Shown in pieces: positions 40,488 to 55,204 of a stretch of 64,000 nucleotides of DNA. The position numbers were made by a program, and so were the translations under genes. Source of the stretch: Chrysomallon squamiferum (taxonomy: Eukaryota; Animalia; Mollusca); assembly GCA_012295275.1 (NCBI GenBank), contig CM022665.1:17980001-18044000 (forward strand), in the 5' to 3' direction. The notes beneath the pieces are model-generated. The model made no database searches. It was not told the DNA's origin and saw only the letters and a list, made by a program, of their open reading frames with translations. Every line of letters starts with the position of its first letter. Position 1 is the first letter of the stretch.

Positions 40488-42122
40488 GTGCCTTGTCATT
40501 AGAGAGACACTTTGTTATTTTGTATGGTACTTGTGTGGGTTTTTTTAAAATACTTTTTTTTCTTAATGTTTAGACATAAATTCAATTCTGGGTTCAGTAG
40601 AGAGGAAAAGTGCACTCTGGCATTCTCTAAAGAATCTAATTAATTTCACAATCGCAGTTTGTGTTTGTGGATCAGTCAATAACACAGTGGTAAGAGCAAT
40701 GTGCTGAGATGCAATGGGTTTTAGGATCAGTCACCTTCAGTGGACTGATTGGCCTGTTTCTCATTATAACCAGTGCCCTGATGGATATCGGGTTGTTATT
40801 AACACATACATGTACCCAGTACATCAATAGCTGTATGATTAAGCAATGGCATGATGCATGATTGGACACAGGTTAGACACTGTTTATATTTATACCTTAG
40901 ATTTTGTACATACAATGTATTTGCTCAAAATGTTATCATAATCCCTATAATCTTTTTTTTTTTAAACTGATTATTTTCTTTTTCTTTTATTTTTACTATC
41001 TATTATCAGTTTTTTCAAATGTAGTTATTGAAACAGTTGTCTGTTTTTGTCTGCCCATTGTTAACAAGACATGACCACATCACTGGACAAGATTATGTGG
41101 AAATGAACTGGGAACAATTCTTATCAAAATATATTGATCAGCTGGCTTTAGTGTGAGAAGTGTCAACACTGCGGTCATGTACACTGTTTGGTCAGCCCAT
41201 AGTAACTAGAATCATTAGACTGCCTTATCAGGGTCTCAGTAACATGGTTTAGTTTTCTTCTTTTTCTTTTTACTTCCATGATACACACATCAGTTTTATA
41301 AATCATTTTTTATTTGAATGTTGTCATTCTTCTTTATCTTTTTCTTCTTGCATATAATCAATTTTACAATTTTTTATTTAGATATTATCATTCTTTTTTT
41401 TTTTTCTTTTTCTTCTTTAATACTCATATTAAATTTTAACATTTTTATTTAAATTTTGTCATTATTTTTCACTTCTTCCTTCCTTTAATTTGTTTACTTT
41501 TCCTTTTTTTTTCTCTTCTCTTCTCTCTTTTTTTTCTATTAATATTTTCATTTTCTCCGTTTCTTTTTTTCCCTTATTTTTCTTAACTTATCCCTTTCCT
41601 CCTTTGTTTTGTTTTCTTCCTTTCTTTTATTCATTCTTTCTTTTTCTTTTCCTTTTTTTTTCAAAATTTTTTCATTTTTTTTTCCCACCTTTTTTGTGTG
41701 AGAACAGAACTGTATTTTTATCTAAATGTTGATTTTGTTGATGGCTGTTATCTTTCTACTTAATGCTAGGATGAGAGGATTTTGTTTGTGATATCAATGG
41801 TTTGACTGTGATATTGGCACAGGGTAATTTTGGCTGTAATATTGGTGTTGAAGGTTTTAAACTTGGATATTGGTATTTGACGATTTTAGCTGTGGTTTTG
41901 TTATTAAAGGAATCTGGTTTGATATCTGTATTGGATGTTTCTTGCTGTTGTATTGATATGGAAAAGTTCATGCATCAGTATCTGTATTAGTAAATTCCTG
42001 CTAAAATATTGATATTGGAGGGTTTAATAATACTATCACTTTCCTCTCTGCCACGAGTAAATTTTATTAAGTTACACAATTATGTGTGTTTAATGACTCT
42101 TCTTGGTAGCATTGCACTAATC

Positions 42123-42530
42123 AGAACAATAAAATAACGTTGCTGATGTTCTAATATTTTACTAAATAGAACAATAAAAGAACACCACTGACTTAGTAAT
42201 GTTTTACAAAATAGAACAATAAAAGAACACCACTGACTTAGTAATGTTTTACTAAATAAAAAATAAAATAACATCACTGACTTGGTAATGTTTTACTGAA
42301 TAGAAAATAATATAGGATAACTGACTTAGTAATGTTTTACAAAATAGAAAAATAAAATAAGATCAATGACTTAGTAATGTTTTACTGAACAGAACAATAA
42401 AACAACGTCGCTGAATTGATAATGATGAGCAACAAGTAGAACAACATAATAATATCCAAGTGTTATATTGATATAATAATAACTCTACTGTTTCACCAAA
42501 TACAACAATAACATAACATTACTGACGATG
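42123..42530. repeat. 45-bp minisatellite, ~8-9 copies decaying toward the ends
   Basis: agaacaataaaa at 42123, 42168 and 42213; core ctgacttagtaatgttttac. Confidence 0.9.
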
Positions 42531-43228
42531 TCCTATAGTGGTGAGCAATAAAGAAAATTGATAGCTGCTTTCAAGTGTCCAGTAACAGACACTTATTAAA
42601 CAGGCAGTTTGCATTCCTCTGAAGTGTGACCAAGGCTCCGATTTTTCATGATTCCGCAACAATAAATCATCACTCGGACAGTTAATCTTTCACTACACGT
42701 CCTCTGTTGCTTAATTAAGAAATCCCCAAAAGCCATTTAATTTGAGTCCTCAGAGACATAACACTGTTTTCTACTGACATTACCAATCTCTGTGAACTGG
42801 CTGTCAAATCATTTGAAATGTTTTTTGGTTCCAAAGAAGTGACAGTAATGAGAAAAAAAAAAAAAAAGGAAAGAAAAGGAAAAAATAGTAAAAAAAAAAG
42901 AACATAAGGGTAATTGCTGAAGTGAAACTGTTTTGAGTGAAGTATGATGGATAAAGTATTATTGAAGTTATTAAATTAATTATGTAATACATGATAAGAA
43001 TGGTGCTTTGACTTAGAAATATTATAATTTTAGTTCATTATGTACAACACTGAAGCCTGTATCATTTCAAAGCTTGTATTTTATATTTTCTGAATATATA
43101 TATACCTGTGTGTGTGTGTGTCTGTATGTATGTATGTGTGTATGTATGTCATAGCATATGAATAATACATATTTTCTTGTGATATTTTTAGATCACATGA
43201 TTATGATATTTCAACAATATCAGTTTAA

Positions 43229-43271
<43 letters not shown>

Positions 43272-45497
43272 GTTCTGGAATATGTTACATTCTCATATCC
43301 CAGTATATATTGTATTTGATCTTTTTTAAATCTATGAATGTATATGATGTCATTTTTAGTTAGGACTATAATGCTGTGTATATATTGTATCTTTTTTTTA
43401 TAATGTAGCATGATTTTTACTGAGGATTATATAACAACTTTTTAACTGAGAAATATTTGTGACATGGTATCATGTTTTAAATGAGAAATAAATGTAACGT
43501 CCTCATAATTAATGGAACATTTGAGAGTAAATAAACAAATTAGAATAAGTATTGGTTTGTAATTTAAACTGAATAAAAGAAATTATGGTGGAAATTGTTC
43601 ACTTCATGTTGTTAGTGATTTCCATTAAAATACCAGTACTCAGACAGAGGAAACTGACTGTAATAAATCAGATAAAATGACCAGTTGATGACCAGAATGA
43701 CTGGAGTTGAGTATCCTGAGTTATGAGAAACTCAAGCTTTGTCGAAAATGGCTCATTTGTGATAACATGCTGTGTGTATAAAAATAGCTGGGATGATGAT
43801 GACGATGATGATACTGATGATGATGTTGATAATGATACTCATAAAGATAATCATGCTAATAATGATAAAGTTCAAAATGATGATGATGATGATTATAATA
43901 ATAATTATTACAGTAATAATAATAATAATAGTAATAATAATAATAATAATAGAAATGACATATTAATAAATATTAAATTTAAAATTGTATAATGAAGACT
44001 AAATACTATTGTAAAAACTACTAAACATTTTATCGAACAAACTATTCTGCTCATCCTTATAAAACATTTCTGTACTTTATTCTTTTTGGTTTATAAATAA
44101 ATTAAAAATAAAGAAAAAAGAGCAGAAAGAAGATAAAAAAAAAAAAAAGAAGATATTTATGCACCAAACTTCTAAAGTTGCTTCACTTTTCATTACATGT
44201 TAGAAGTGAATTAAGTTGAATCAACCTTAAGCCAGTCAATAATTTTCTTTTTAAAGAATTCACCTCTCCTTTGAGTTCATTTCACATAACAAACCTCCTA
44301 ATGGATTTGTCTGTACCTGTCTTGTAGCTTTACAGCTGTTTAACTATACAACCAGGGTGAGATAACACTTTTATTTCACTCCAGTTTGGTAGATAAAATA
44401 TGCATTCACAGTCACCCACATAGAAACAGAAACACAGATAATTATCAAACACCAGTAACTAGGTACATGTATGTCAAAATGCACACAAATACTTATAGAA
44501 AACGTTCAAACACTAATACACACAGATTCATTCACACACCTATACACTGACACTAATACATACACACAAACATACACTCATAAACAATATATACACTAAC
44601 TAAAAATTGCCCTTATTACATTACCATACTCTGGTGATAATACACATATAAAATCTCAAACATTCACAAACTCATAAACAATAATTATGCCAAAAATTTC
44701 CATCTTGCCAAAGGTGGTATATAATTTTATAGAGTGTTAAAAATACTAATTGTGGATATCTGGCTGGAATGGGGGAAAAAAGCCTGTCTGGCAATGTCAT
44801 ACATATACTGACACTAGCATGCATACACTAACACTCAGACATCCATACATTCATAAACAAAACATGCATCAAAAATTACTATATAATACCATATAACCTT
44901 TAATATACCAGTTATGCATCTTTGGTTGGAATGGAAAAAAAAAAGCTGATTAGTACACTGTAGAGTATTGATCCTGTTATCCATTACACCTGAGGTGAGG
45001 ATGTAAACATTTTTCTTCTCAAAATGGTCTACATAAACTGAATTTCCAGTAAATTACGAGTGTTTAAAATAACAGGTGTCTAATTAGAAATATTTTTTTT
45101 TTTTACTTCAGTAGATGTTAAGACAACCAGAAGCTGACAAAACACAGATGTGACTCTTTAATGATGATGGTTTCTTTTTAGAGAAGATTGTTATTTTCTT
45201 TTTCTGCACATGATCAGACAGAACAGATTAAAACACACTTGGTAATTAACCAGTTAATACACTCACTCTTAATACTGATAAAATATTCTGTTCATCTGAA
45301 ATGTATGGTCGTTAGAGGCATATTTCAAACAATTGTTTAACAAGTTATATTAGTTTTCTTACACAGCCTGTTTTCTTATTATTATCATACTGTTTGGTAC
45401 TGATTTGAATGTAATCATGACAAATATGCTTCACATACATACATAAACACCTACAGACATACATAAATACATACATAGAAACACACACACAAACATA

Positions 45498-45530
<33 letters not shown>

Positions 45531-45859
45531 CATCACATTAAAAACTATTTTCCAAACTGCTATAACTAACTGATCTATGTTTTCCCATTCACACAGAGAT
45601 GGTAGTGTGTATGTGTGTGTTTGGCTGCAGGAACCAACAACTTAGATTTCCTTCATTACGTCTATTTTTATGCATTATTTCACAGGAGACTGACAAAACA
45701 GTTAATTTAGACCTGTGATAGATGGCTGGCTCTGCACTCTCTGATTGATAGCCTAGTTGCAGTTTGTTCACTTTTCACTGTGGGTGTCATTCTAACATTA
45801 TCCTGTTGTCTAACGTCACTCTAATTTCACAGCTTGTTTCACTTTGCCTAAATCAGTGT

Positions 45860-46850
45860 TTTTAAAGGTGTAATTTGTTCTAGCATCCATAACTGTACAC
45901 CTTTGTTAAGCTTTGATACAAATTAAATGTTGATTTAATGTCAGTAATTGTACACTAAACTTTTGAAGATCATGCTTTGATTTATTGTAAATAATTGTAC
46001 ACCTTTGTTAAGCTTGGTACAAATTATGGGTTGCTTTAATGTGTACAATTATACACTTTTTAAACTTTCAAAAATTTTGTTTTAGAGGCATTGCTTTTTT
46101 TTTTCAGCATCAATAACTGAACACTTGTTTTTAAGCTTACTACAAATTAGTCTTGATTTGCTGTCAGTAACTATAAGCTTTAAAAACTTTTTATTTCATG
46201 TCAGTAATTATATACTTTTCAAACTTAACAACATCTTCTTCTAGGGGCTTGTAGTTTTTAGCATCAATAACTGTATACTTTTTAAACTTCATAGAAATTA
46301 AGTGCTGATTTGATATCAATAATTTAACACTTTTTAAACTTTTGAAAATCAAGTTTTGATTTCATGTCAATAATTGTACATTTCTTAAACTTTACAAAAT
46401 CTTGTTTTTGGGGCATTACTTGTTTTATCATCAATAATTGAATGCTTTTTTAAGCTTGATACAAATCATACTTTGATTTAATGACACTAATTAAACACTT
46501 TTTAAACTTTTGAAGACTATGCTTTGATCTCATGTCAATAATTGTCAACTTTTTAACTTTCCAAAATCTTCTATTTTTTAGAGTCAACAACTGTATACTT
46601 TTTTAAAGCTTTATATAAATTATGTGTTGATTTAATATCAGTAACTGTACACTTTTTAAACTTTATACAAATCATGAAATTTGATGTTTATATCAATAAT
46701 TGTACTTTTTTTAAACTTTCAATAATTTTGATTTGATTTCATGTCAGTAAATGTACATTTTTAAAACTTTTTAAAATTTTGTTATAGAGGTGTTATTGTT
46801 TTAAGATCAATAAGTGTACACATTTTTAAACATTTTAAAATCATATTTTG
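45860..46850. repeat. ~1-kb degenerate tandem array, ~45-55-bp unit
   Basis: Recurring tca(a/g)taa(t/c)tgtacactttttaaa(c/g)ttt. Confidence 0.85.
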
Positions 46851-47039
46851 ATGAGTTGTAATACAAAGTGTGAATATCTTTAAATAAAATAATGAAAACA
46901 ATATACAGGATATTTTTGTTTGAGAGAGTTAAAATTACTGTAAGAATGAATATATTGATAATATATAAAGACATCTTTATTACAGTGAACTTTTAGCTAA
47001 TACAGGGTTAGTATAGAAGATTAACTTTAATAATTTTAT

Positions 47040-47420
47040 GAGAATATAAGGTTATCATAATGAGTATAAAGGTAATGAGCATAAGATTTATAGTGTATGA
47101 ACATAACATTTACAAATGTAAGTATAAAGTTATGAAGTGTGAATATAAAGTTAAGACATGAAAGTATAAGTAAAACACGTGTGTATAAAGTTAAGGTATG
47201 TGAGTATAAGAAAAAGACTTGTGAGTAAAAAGTTAAGAAGTGTAGGTATAAAATTAAGACATGTGAGTATAAGTAAAATACTTATGAGCATAAAGTTAAG
47301 GAGTTTGAGTATAAGGAAAACACTAGTGAGAATAAAATTAAGGAGTGTGAGTATAAAGTTAAAAAGTATGAATATAAGGATAGCATCTGTGAGTAAAAAA
47401 TTAAGGAGGATGAGCATGAC
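47040..47420. repeat. ~21-bp degenerate minisatellite gtgagtataaagttaaggagt
   Basis: Direct reading. It explains the pseudo-ORFs LLNFIL../SIKLR.. Confidence 0.85.
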
Positions 47421-47788
47421 AATATGTGGGTAATCACCATTACTGTAAGGATAATAATAGGATATACTGTTATTGTCTGTGAGTATAACATTAATAATGT
47501 AAGTGTAATGATAATGTGTTCTGTGTATAAATAAATGCACGATTTTCGTGTGTTTAGTGATGGATTGTGTGTGTCTTGTTTTGTGTGTGAAATGTGACAC
47601 CAATGGGTTAGTGACAGACCTGTCTGTGTCACACTAAACTCACATTTATTTTTGCCACTTTGCCTGTATGAAGCAATTTGTACTGAAAATCTTTTGTGTT
47701 TCACAAATTAATTACAGTGATTATTTTCTTCTGGAACTACTCATGTCAAAACATGAACACTGCATGTATATGTGGTTCTTAAATCAAG

Positions 47789-47797
47789 TGTTTGGAC
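47789..47797 (+). CDS. Candidate 9-nt microexon TGTTTGGAC (phase 1-1; adds VFG)
   Basis: AAG acceptor (47786-47788) after ~69 AG-free nt with TGCATG at 47761, and donor GAC|GTAAGT at 47798 that retains a CpG. The pyrimidine tract is weak. Confidence 0.3.
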
Positions 47798-48299
47798 GTA
47801 AGTGTGTGACTGTTTATATAATATAGTTTGCTTAATACAATTTATTTTGTATCCCTGAATATTAACATTTTAAAATTTATAAAAATAGTAAAAGGTTCAT
47901 TTAGTCCATTTCATCAATTTATGCTACACTTTTATTTTATAAAAGCTATGGTATAAATTTTCCTGTTTATGGGAACATTCATATAAAAATAGTTGCTGCT
48001 GATAAGAAAGAACAGGCTGTGACATATCAGCAGAAGATTTGTTTTTTCTCTATCTGTATGGATTCACTTGAATTCAAATCCAAGAAGACTGGAGTGAAGT
48101 TAAAGTACATTCATAAAACAAAACTCAAACCAGTTCACTCGTCAAAGATATCAAGGATGATGGAATTCCTCTTCTTCTTCTTCTTCATCTTCTTTTACTA
48201 CTTAACTATGTATATATGATACCACATAACTGTAGAATACGAATCTATACATTTTAAATAAATCATTTCTTTCTTGCTTTCCTTCTGCCTCCCCCCAAG

Positions 48300-48305
48300 C
48301 TCTGG
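48300..48305 (+). CDS. Candidate 6-nt microexon CTCTGG (phase 1-1)
   Basis: Pyrimidine tract ttctttcttgctttccttctgcctcccccc followed by AAG (48297-48299). TGC at 48275 and 48286. No AG for ~62 nt upstream. Donor TGG|GTGAGT at 48306. Confidence 0.55.
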
Positions 48306-48579
48306 GTGAGTAATATACTAATTTCTAAATGACTGATGTCTTCAATTTGTTACCCTGATACTGTTCATCAAAAATCTAACTAGACCAGCGTACATCTGAA
48401 ATATTTATATTAACCCGTAGGATAAAAGAATTATTCCATTGCCTGATCATTTTGATATGACTATATGTATAAATAACTTGATTATGAGACCCAGTTTTGT
48501 TTGACACAATACTGTTTTTGGATTCTTACAGAAAGAATAAATAAATATCATAAGGTAAAGCTCAAAAAAAAAAAAAAAA

Positions 48580-48612
<33 letters not shown>

Positions 48613-49109
48613 AATAAATAAATAATACAGAAATTAAAACATTTTAGAGAAATGAATAATAAAATATATAACAAAATAAATGTTATAAAACACATAGATA
48701 CACACAGATATATATAAACCTATACATTCATTCATACATACATACATGTACCCAAGCATGCACATGTCTACACATACATATATACATGTCTATATACAGA
48801 AAAACATATATACCCCCACACACACACACACACACACACACATTTATTATACTAATTGTATATATATATATGTTTTAAATTAAATAAAATCTCCTGCTTT
48901 TGTTAAACACTGTACCACTAGGCTACATTTTCATACCAGTGTGTATATTTCAGTTTGGACATGACAGGACTTGAGTTAATTACATTTACTAACCACTATA
49001 AACACTGACCAGAGCAACTTTAGTAAAAAAAAAAACAGTATCTGACAGATAAGAAAACAACTGAGTGAATTTGAATTATCTTGTCGGTGAGAAAAGAAAT
49101 AGTACTAAA

Positions 49110-49790
49110 GCTGAAATCTGAACCATTTTGAAATGGGTCAGTAATGTATAATTGTATTAGGGATGTGTAACAATTGTGTGATGATATTAGTAATGACATT
49201 CTGACCATTTTGATATGGGCCACTGATACATGATATGATTTAATCTTCTATTAATGATATGTAGACAATTTGCAAATGGGCTATATTGGAACTGAAATTA
49301 GGATATTTTTTGAGTGGATGAAATGGAGCTAAAATGTGAAACAGTTTTAAATGGGCATATCTGAGATGACATTTGAACTATTTTGAAAAGCTTCATATTT
49401 GAAATGAAGTTCAAACAATCTTAAAATTGGGATAGGTAATTCATGTTGAATCATGAACCATTTTGACTTGGGTCAGATATTCATATTTTATAATGAAATT
49501 TTATTTTGAAACATGCCATTTATTAATATTTGATAATGAAATTTTATTTTGAAATAGACAAATTATTCATAAGCTATAATACAAATTTGATTTTGTAATG
49601 TGAACCATTTTCAAATGGACCAGTTATTCATATTTTATAATGAAATGTGATTTTGAAATATGAACTATTTTGAAACGGGCCAATTACTGATAAGCTATAA
49701 CACAAATTTGATTTTGAAATATGAACCACTTTGAAATGGGCCAATGATTCGTGATGATACTAGACAAGACCATTTTGAAACGGGCAAGAG
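49110..49790. repeat. Degenerate repeat with core tgaaccattttgaaatgggc
   Basis: About 10 recurrences with variable spacers. Confidence 0.8.
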
Positions 49791-52700
49791 TATTATTTTA
49801 TTTTATTTTTTTTATGAAGGTACTGAAAGGAAAAGTACTTCATCTATTCTTTTTCCAGTGAATCAATATGAGACATTTATGACAGAATTTCAGTGGAAAG
49901 TGAGGAAATGGTTTTTATAATGAGCTGTCTGATAGAGAGAGGAAGAAAGGAAACTGGTGGTGTGACAATTTGGTGGTCAGAGAGTGGATATATCAGACAG
50001 ATTTGAGAGCACTTCTGTGTCAGCTTTTTCATTATTAATGACTGACCCGTTTCAAAATTGTCTGATGGCTTGTTTCTGAGACAAATTTGTGGCTTAATAA
50101 AAAAATAATAAAAGGGAGAGAGAGAGAGAAAAGATAGAGATAATAAAAGAAAAAAGGAATGTAAGAAAGAAAAACGAAGAGAATTAAATAAATAAAAAAA
50201 GAATGAAAGATTGAATAAAGAATAATAAAAAAAAAATTAGAAAAAGATATGTTTTAAAATATTGATTATTTGTTATAAATTACTGAGCTAACTACATACA
50301 TACATACATACAAAGATAAAACATACATACATACATAGGTAGATACATATATACAAACATGCATACATACATTCATACATAAAACATAATTATATACACA
50401 CATACATATATAGATTCAATATAAATATATACATATTACACACAACACACACACTTATTTTTTAAAAGCAAGATTGTTAATCATATTTTTTATATCTGTA
50501 TCAATAAACTGACCCAGAGTTCCATTTTAGCTACTTTTATCAGTGGTAGGAGAAACTGAAATTTCAAAATAATTATATTATTTTCTGTTTTCAAATTATA
50601 CAAGACTGGTACTCAGAACATTCTAACAGAAAGCAATAACAAGCATCTTTTGTAAGGGAAATTATTGACAATGCCAGTATATTTATTAATGAGGCTGCCT
50701 GTTAGACAAATTGAATTGTGGGATTGCTAACGACAACAGACTGATGAATTAACAATTTGCTTTAGATTTAGCTATGGCACTGAGCAGAGGAATTTATGCA
50801 GTTTAAATTAATTGGATATTTATTGATATTTTCTTATTTTATTTTATCATTAGATTCACTTAGCTCTGTAATTAAGAATTTTCATTTTCACTTCATTTTG
50901 TAAAATCAGAAGCATCTTGATGTAGAGTAGGGAAAAATAAATTATTTAATTGACTAGAAAATAATAATGATAATTATTAGTTTTATATTCAATAAAATAA
51001 TTTTATCAGATACAATAATAAAAAAAGTAAATAAATACATTTTCCAGTTTTAAAATAAAAATATAATATGTAAAATTAATTTAAAGAAGTTTGTACACGA
51101 TAAAGTATTAGGGGTTTAGTAAGAGAGAAGAAAGACTCTGGTCATGTTTAAAATTTACTCAAATTAGCTGAAAGCCAACAGATAAATTTCCATAAAGAAA
51201 TGAAAGTAGCCTAAAACATGTTGCTATTTTAAATAACAGACTTACCCAAATGTTATAAGAAAATAAATACTTGATAAACATATTACATCCACCTATTAAT
51301 TTAAGTTGTTTAGTATCACTGAAAATAGTGTGTAAATATTTATCATATCAAGTACTTCTGAGGACATAGTCTTCAAAATTAATGTGACTAAATCATTGCA
51401 AATTGACATACATAAGTGAAATTGTTTGCAAATAACTGTCTATGTATTAGAAGAAAACAATAGCATTGTATATATTTCTTACATTTTGTATTTGTTTCAA
51501 AATCATTGCAAAATTTTCTAGAAAATGATTTCCTTAGAATTCTTGCAAAACTAACTACAAATGATTATCACAGAATTCTTGCAAGGTTGTCTACAGAATG
51601 GAAACTGCAGAATTATTGCAAAATTTTCTAAAAAATCATTGCAAAATTGCCACATAAAAATAAATGAATATATTCTGCCAAATTATTGCCTCTACATCAT
51701 AGTAAAATTGCCAGTAGTAAGCAGAAACAGTTTGCAAAATGGCTGCCAGTTCAAGCTGTACTTTAAACTGTGATGTGAAGCAGCCATTTATCAACTGGTA
51801 TCTGCCCCTCTGTCCGGGAACCAGTTAAACTTGCTGTTGTAAGTGATTTACAGCTTGCCAGATCCACCTATTAAATTTATGTTTCTGATAACCCACCTGG
51901 TGGAAGCTGGTAGCATATACCCACCATCCAGTCCTTAGGAAGCTGGTAATTGATCATCTTAATGTGTTTTTACTTCTAAGTTTAATCTCTATTTTAATTT
52001 AGAAACTGCTGAAATCTTTAAGTGATAGATGTAATGTATTTTTGTTCTTTAAAAACAAAAATGGATGTAATGAAGAATAATGGATTTACTGGAGGTGAAT
52101 GAAAGGAGGAAAAAAAAAAAAGAATAAAATTTAAATATTTTCATTCCAAGGGGGGGGGGTGAAGGGTGAGGGGAGTGAAAAGAAAATGATGATGAAAATT
52201 TTTTACAGGTGGAAAGAAGGAAAACTGTTTGTAATTTGAAAGAGTGATTTGTTATGAAGTGAAAAAAATGTTATTGTTTTTAAAAATATTTTTTTTTTTA
52301 CCTTGATGGACTTCATTACAGAAGATGAAAATTATTGAACATGTTAATGAAAAGTGTGTAGAACAGAAAAAAATAAAAAGACATATTGCATTTTGGGATA
52401 TTAAAAAAATAATGGACAGGAAATGTAATGATAATTTAAAACATAACACTTTATGATTTTTTTCCCCCACCGACTGACTTTTATTATAATTTTTTTTGTA
52501 AATGTTGATTTTATCTTATTAAATAGGGATAAAAAGCATTAAAAAAAAAAAAAAAATTGTTTTGTTTATATTTTTAAACAGCAATTTTTCATATTAAGAA
52601 TTAATAAATATTTAATTAGTCCTTTTTTTGTTGTATATACATTTATTTATTTATTTATTTAATGTCCAGCAATTATTAATATTTCTCTTCTTCACTTATT

Positions 52701-52915
52701 AAATTAATTGATATAATTTAATTAAAATAAATTCATAACTAATAATTCTTCTGTATTATTTTATTTATTTTTATTTTTATTTTATTTTTATTTTAAATTT
52801 TGTTTTTAGTTTAATCAAGCCTTTCATATATTATTATTATTATTATTTAATTTTCTGGTAGCTAAATGTCTGCTGCATGGTTTTGTGATACTTCATCAAT
52901 TACTTCCCTTAGGCA

Positions 52916-52929
52916 GTTTCCTTGGTAAC
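52916..52929. promoter_or_regulatory. RFX X-box motif GTTTCCTTGGTAAC
   Basis: 14-bp match to the GTT(T/G)CC-NN-GG(C/T)AAC-type consensus, in a short unique island between AT-rich tracts. Confidence 0.4.
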
Positions 52930-54319
52930 AATTCAAATTAGTTTGTACTTTAGCAGAATCCAGCATCATTAACCCCAACATCCTTCATTTGATTACGTTC
53001 TTTATAAATTTTTAAATCTTTTTTCTTTTTCTTTTTATTTTCTTTTACTTTTTTCTAATTTTATATATATATTTTTTTATTTATTTTATTTTCTTTTTAA
53101 TTTTTTTTTTAACAGTGGAGGCAACCATAATGTAGAATAAATAATAAAATTCATGAAAAAGGAATATAAATTTTTAAAATAAAGATTAATGGATGACAAA
53201 TAAATTTAAAAGCTTAGATTTGCTAAAGATTTCAAGTGTTTCGACCTTAAAGGCTTTTGTCATTTAATCCATATTGTTAAAGTTTTGCGATAAAAATCTA
53301 TACTTGGATAGAACTTTGTATTTGAGTTTCTAGAACAGCAAACAGCGCAAGTTTGTTAATTAATATTTCAGAAACCTCTGAAGTTTAACAGTTGGTTTTA
53401 TAAAGCAAACATGAAGCTAATGATACGAAGAAGAAGAAGAAGAAGAAGAAGAAGAATTGGTTTAAAATAAATTCAGTTCATAGAGTCTACAACTGACTTT
53501 TTTTCAAATTATAATACAATGATATTTTATAAACTTTTTTTTTCTTTTTTATTTTACAAACATTTTATGGTATTTTTGTTTCTAATTTTCCAGCCTTATT
53601 TTATTTATTGTTATTTATTTCACAACCATATTCTATAAAAAAAAAAAAAAAAAAAAAAAATTCTTGTTAATTTGTAACTGTTTGAGAACTTTAGTTCTTT
53701 ATTAAACTGTTTTTTTTTTTTTTTTTTTTTTACAACCTTACTTTATAAAAAAATAATAATAATTTCTAATTTTACATCCATAAATTTATAAATAGTTTTT
53801 TCTTATTTTAACAAACATATTTTCTAATTATTTTTTTTATAATTACTAAAACATAACAAATAAGTACAAGTTAACATTAATAACTGTTATATAATTTTGT
53901 AATGATAGAAGAAAAAAACCTGCTGATGGTGTAGCTTGATTACTTTTACTGATCACAAGATGCAAGATTTCTTTTTTTTTTACAGTTCTTATACAAACCT
54001 CCCCAAAAAAACAGCTATGGGTTTCAGTACAACATATAATTACAGAACATTGGTCAGATTGGCACAAAGCCCAAAAGTTACACTGTGGAGAATTGACCCA
54101 GTGTCTGACATCTCCTGGGATACACATTATACGACAGAACTGGAGGGAACTCATTTTATTACTAATAAGAACTGCATGCCACTGTCTCATAAATTAGTGA
54201 AAATTCACCATCATCTCCTTTTATTATTAAAAAAATTTTTTTACTGGGAATACAGGAATTGTATTTTTAATGGTTTGACTTCAGTTGTAAACATGCGATT
54301 GCCAGATAGAAAGTAATAG

Positions 54320-54368
<49 letters not shown>

Positions 54369-54634
54369 ACCAGTCTTCTTGATGTTTAAAAAAAAAAAAT
54401 TTTTATTATTATTCATTGCAAGGTGTCGAGGTCAAATTTTGGTAAAAGTCTCAACCCAAAACCTATGGATTGGTCTAAAAATATTATACATTTTTGTTTT
54501 TCTTACTAACTTTCTAACATACTAACACAGTTTTTAGGCAGATAATCCAAGCAGACTCTATGCCAAGGAAATGTATAAGCATGAGCATTCAGTGTACACA
54601 GTACACAAACATATTTAGAAATGATTGCCCAGTT

Positions 54635-55080
54635 AACTTATTATTATTATTATTATTATTAATATTATCATTGTCATCATCACTGTCTTCATCATTATCA
54701 TTACTATTTTGATTAATATTATCATCAAATTATCATTATTACTAATATCATCATCATTATCAGTATTGCTATTATTATCATTTTCATTATCATCATTACC
54801 ATTATCATTGTTACAATTAACATCATTATCATCATGACTATCATCATCATCTTCATTATTATCATTATCTTTATCACTATCATTACCATCATCACTATCA
54901 TCATCATCATTATTATTTTCATTATATTTATCATTGTCATCATCATCATCATTTTCATTATATTCATTATTACTCATCATCATCATTATTTTATCATCAT
55001 CATCATTATTATTTTATCATCATCTTCATTATTATTATTTTATCATCATCATCATCATCATCATCATCACCATTATTATT
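54635..55080. repeat. (ATC)/(ATT) trinucleotide tract, ~450 bp
   Basis: Direct reading. Confidence 0.9.
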
Positions 55081-55170
55081 TTAATGTTTATTATATGAAG
55101 TATGGATGAATTATGTTTTTATTGGGTTGGTTGTGTTAAAGGAATCATCTAATTTAAAGGATTTTCTCAT

Positions 55171-55204
<34 letters not shown>

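Noticed and set aside
51893-51903. CTCF-like core CCACCAGGTGG (minus strand)
   Set aside because: The flanking consensus positions mismatch, and a single partial match is uninformative.
53936-54316. 126-aa ORF behind a strong acceptor (ttttttttacag at 53985) as the next coding exon
   Set aside because: The long frame needs a phase-2 junction. The phase-1 frame stops without a credible donor. No recognisable domain.
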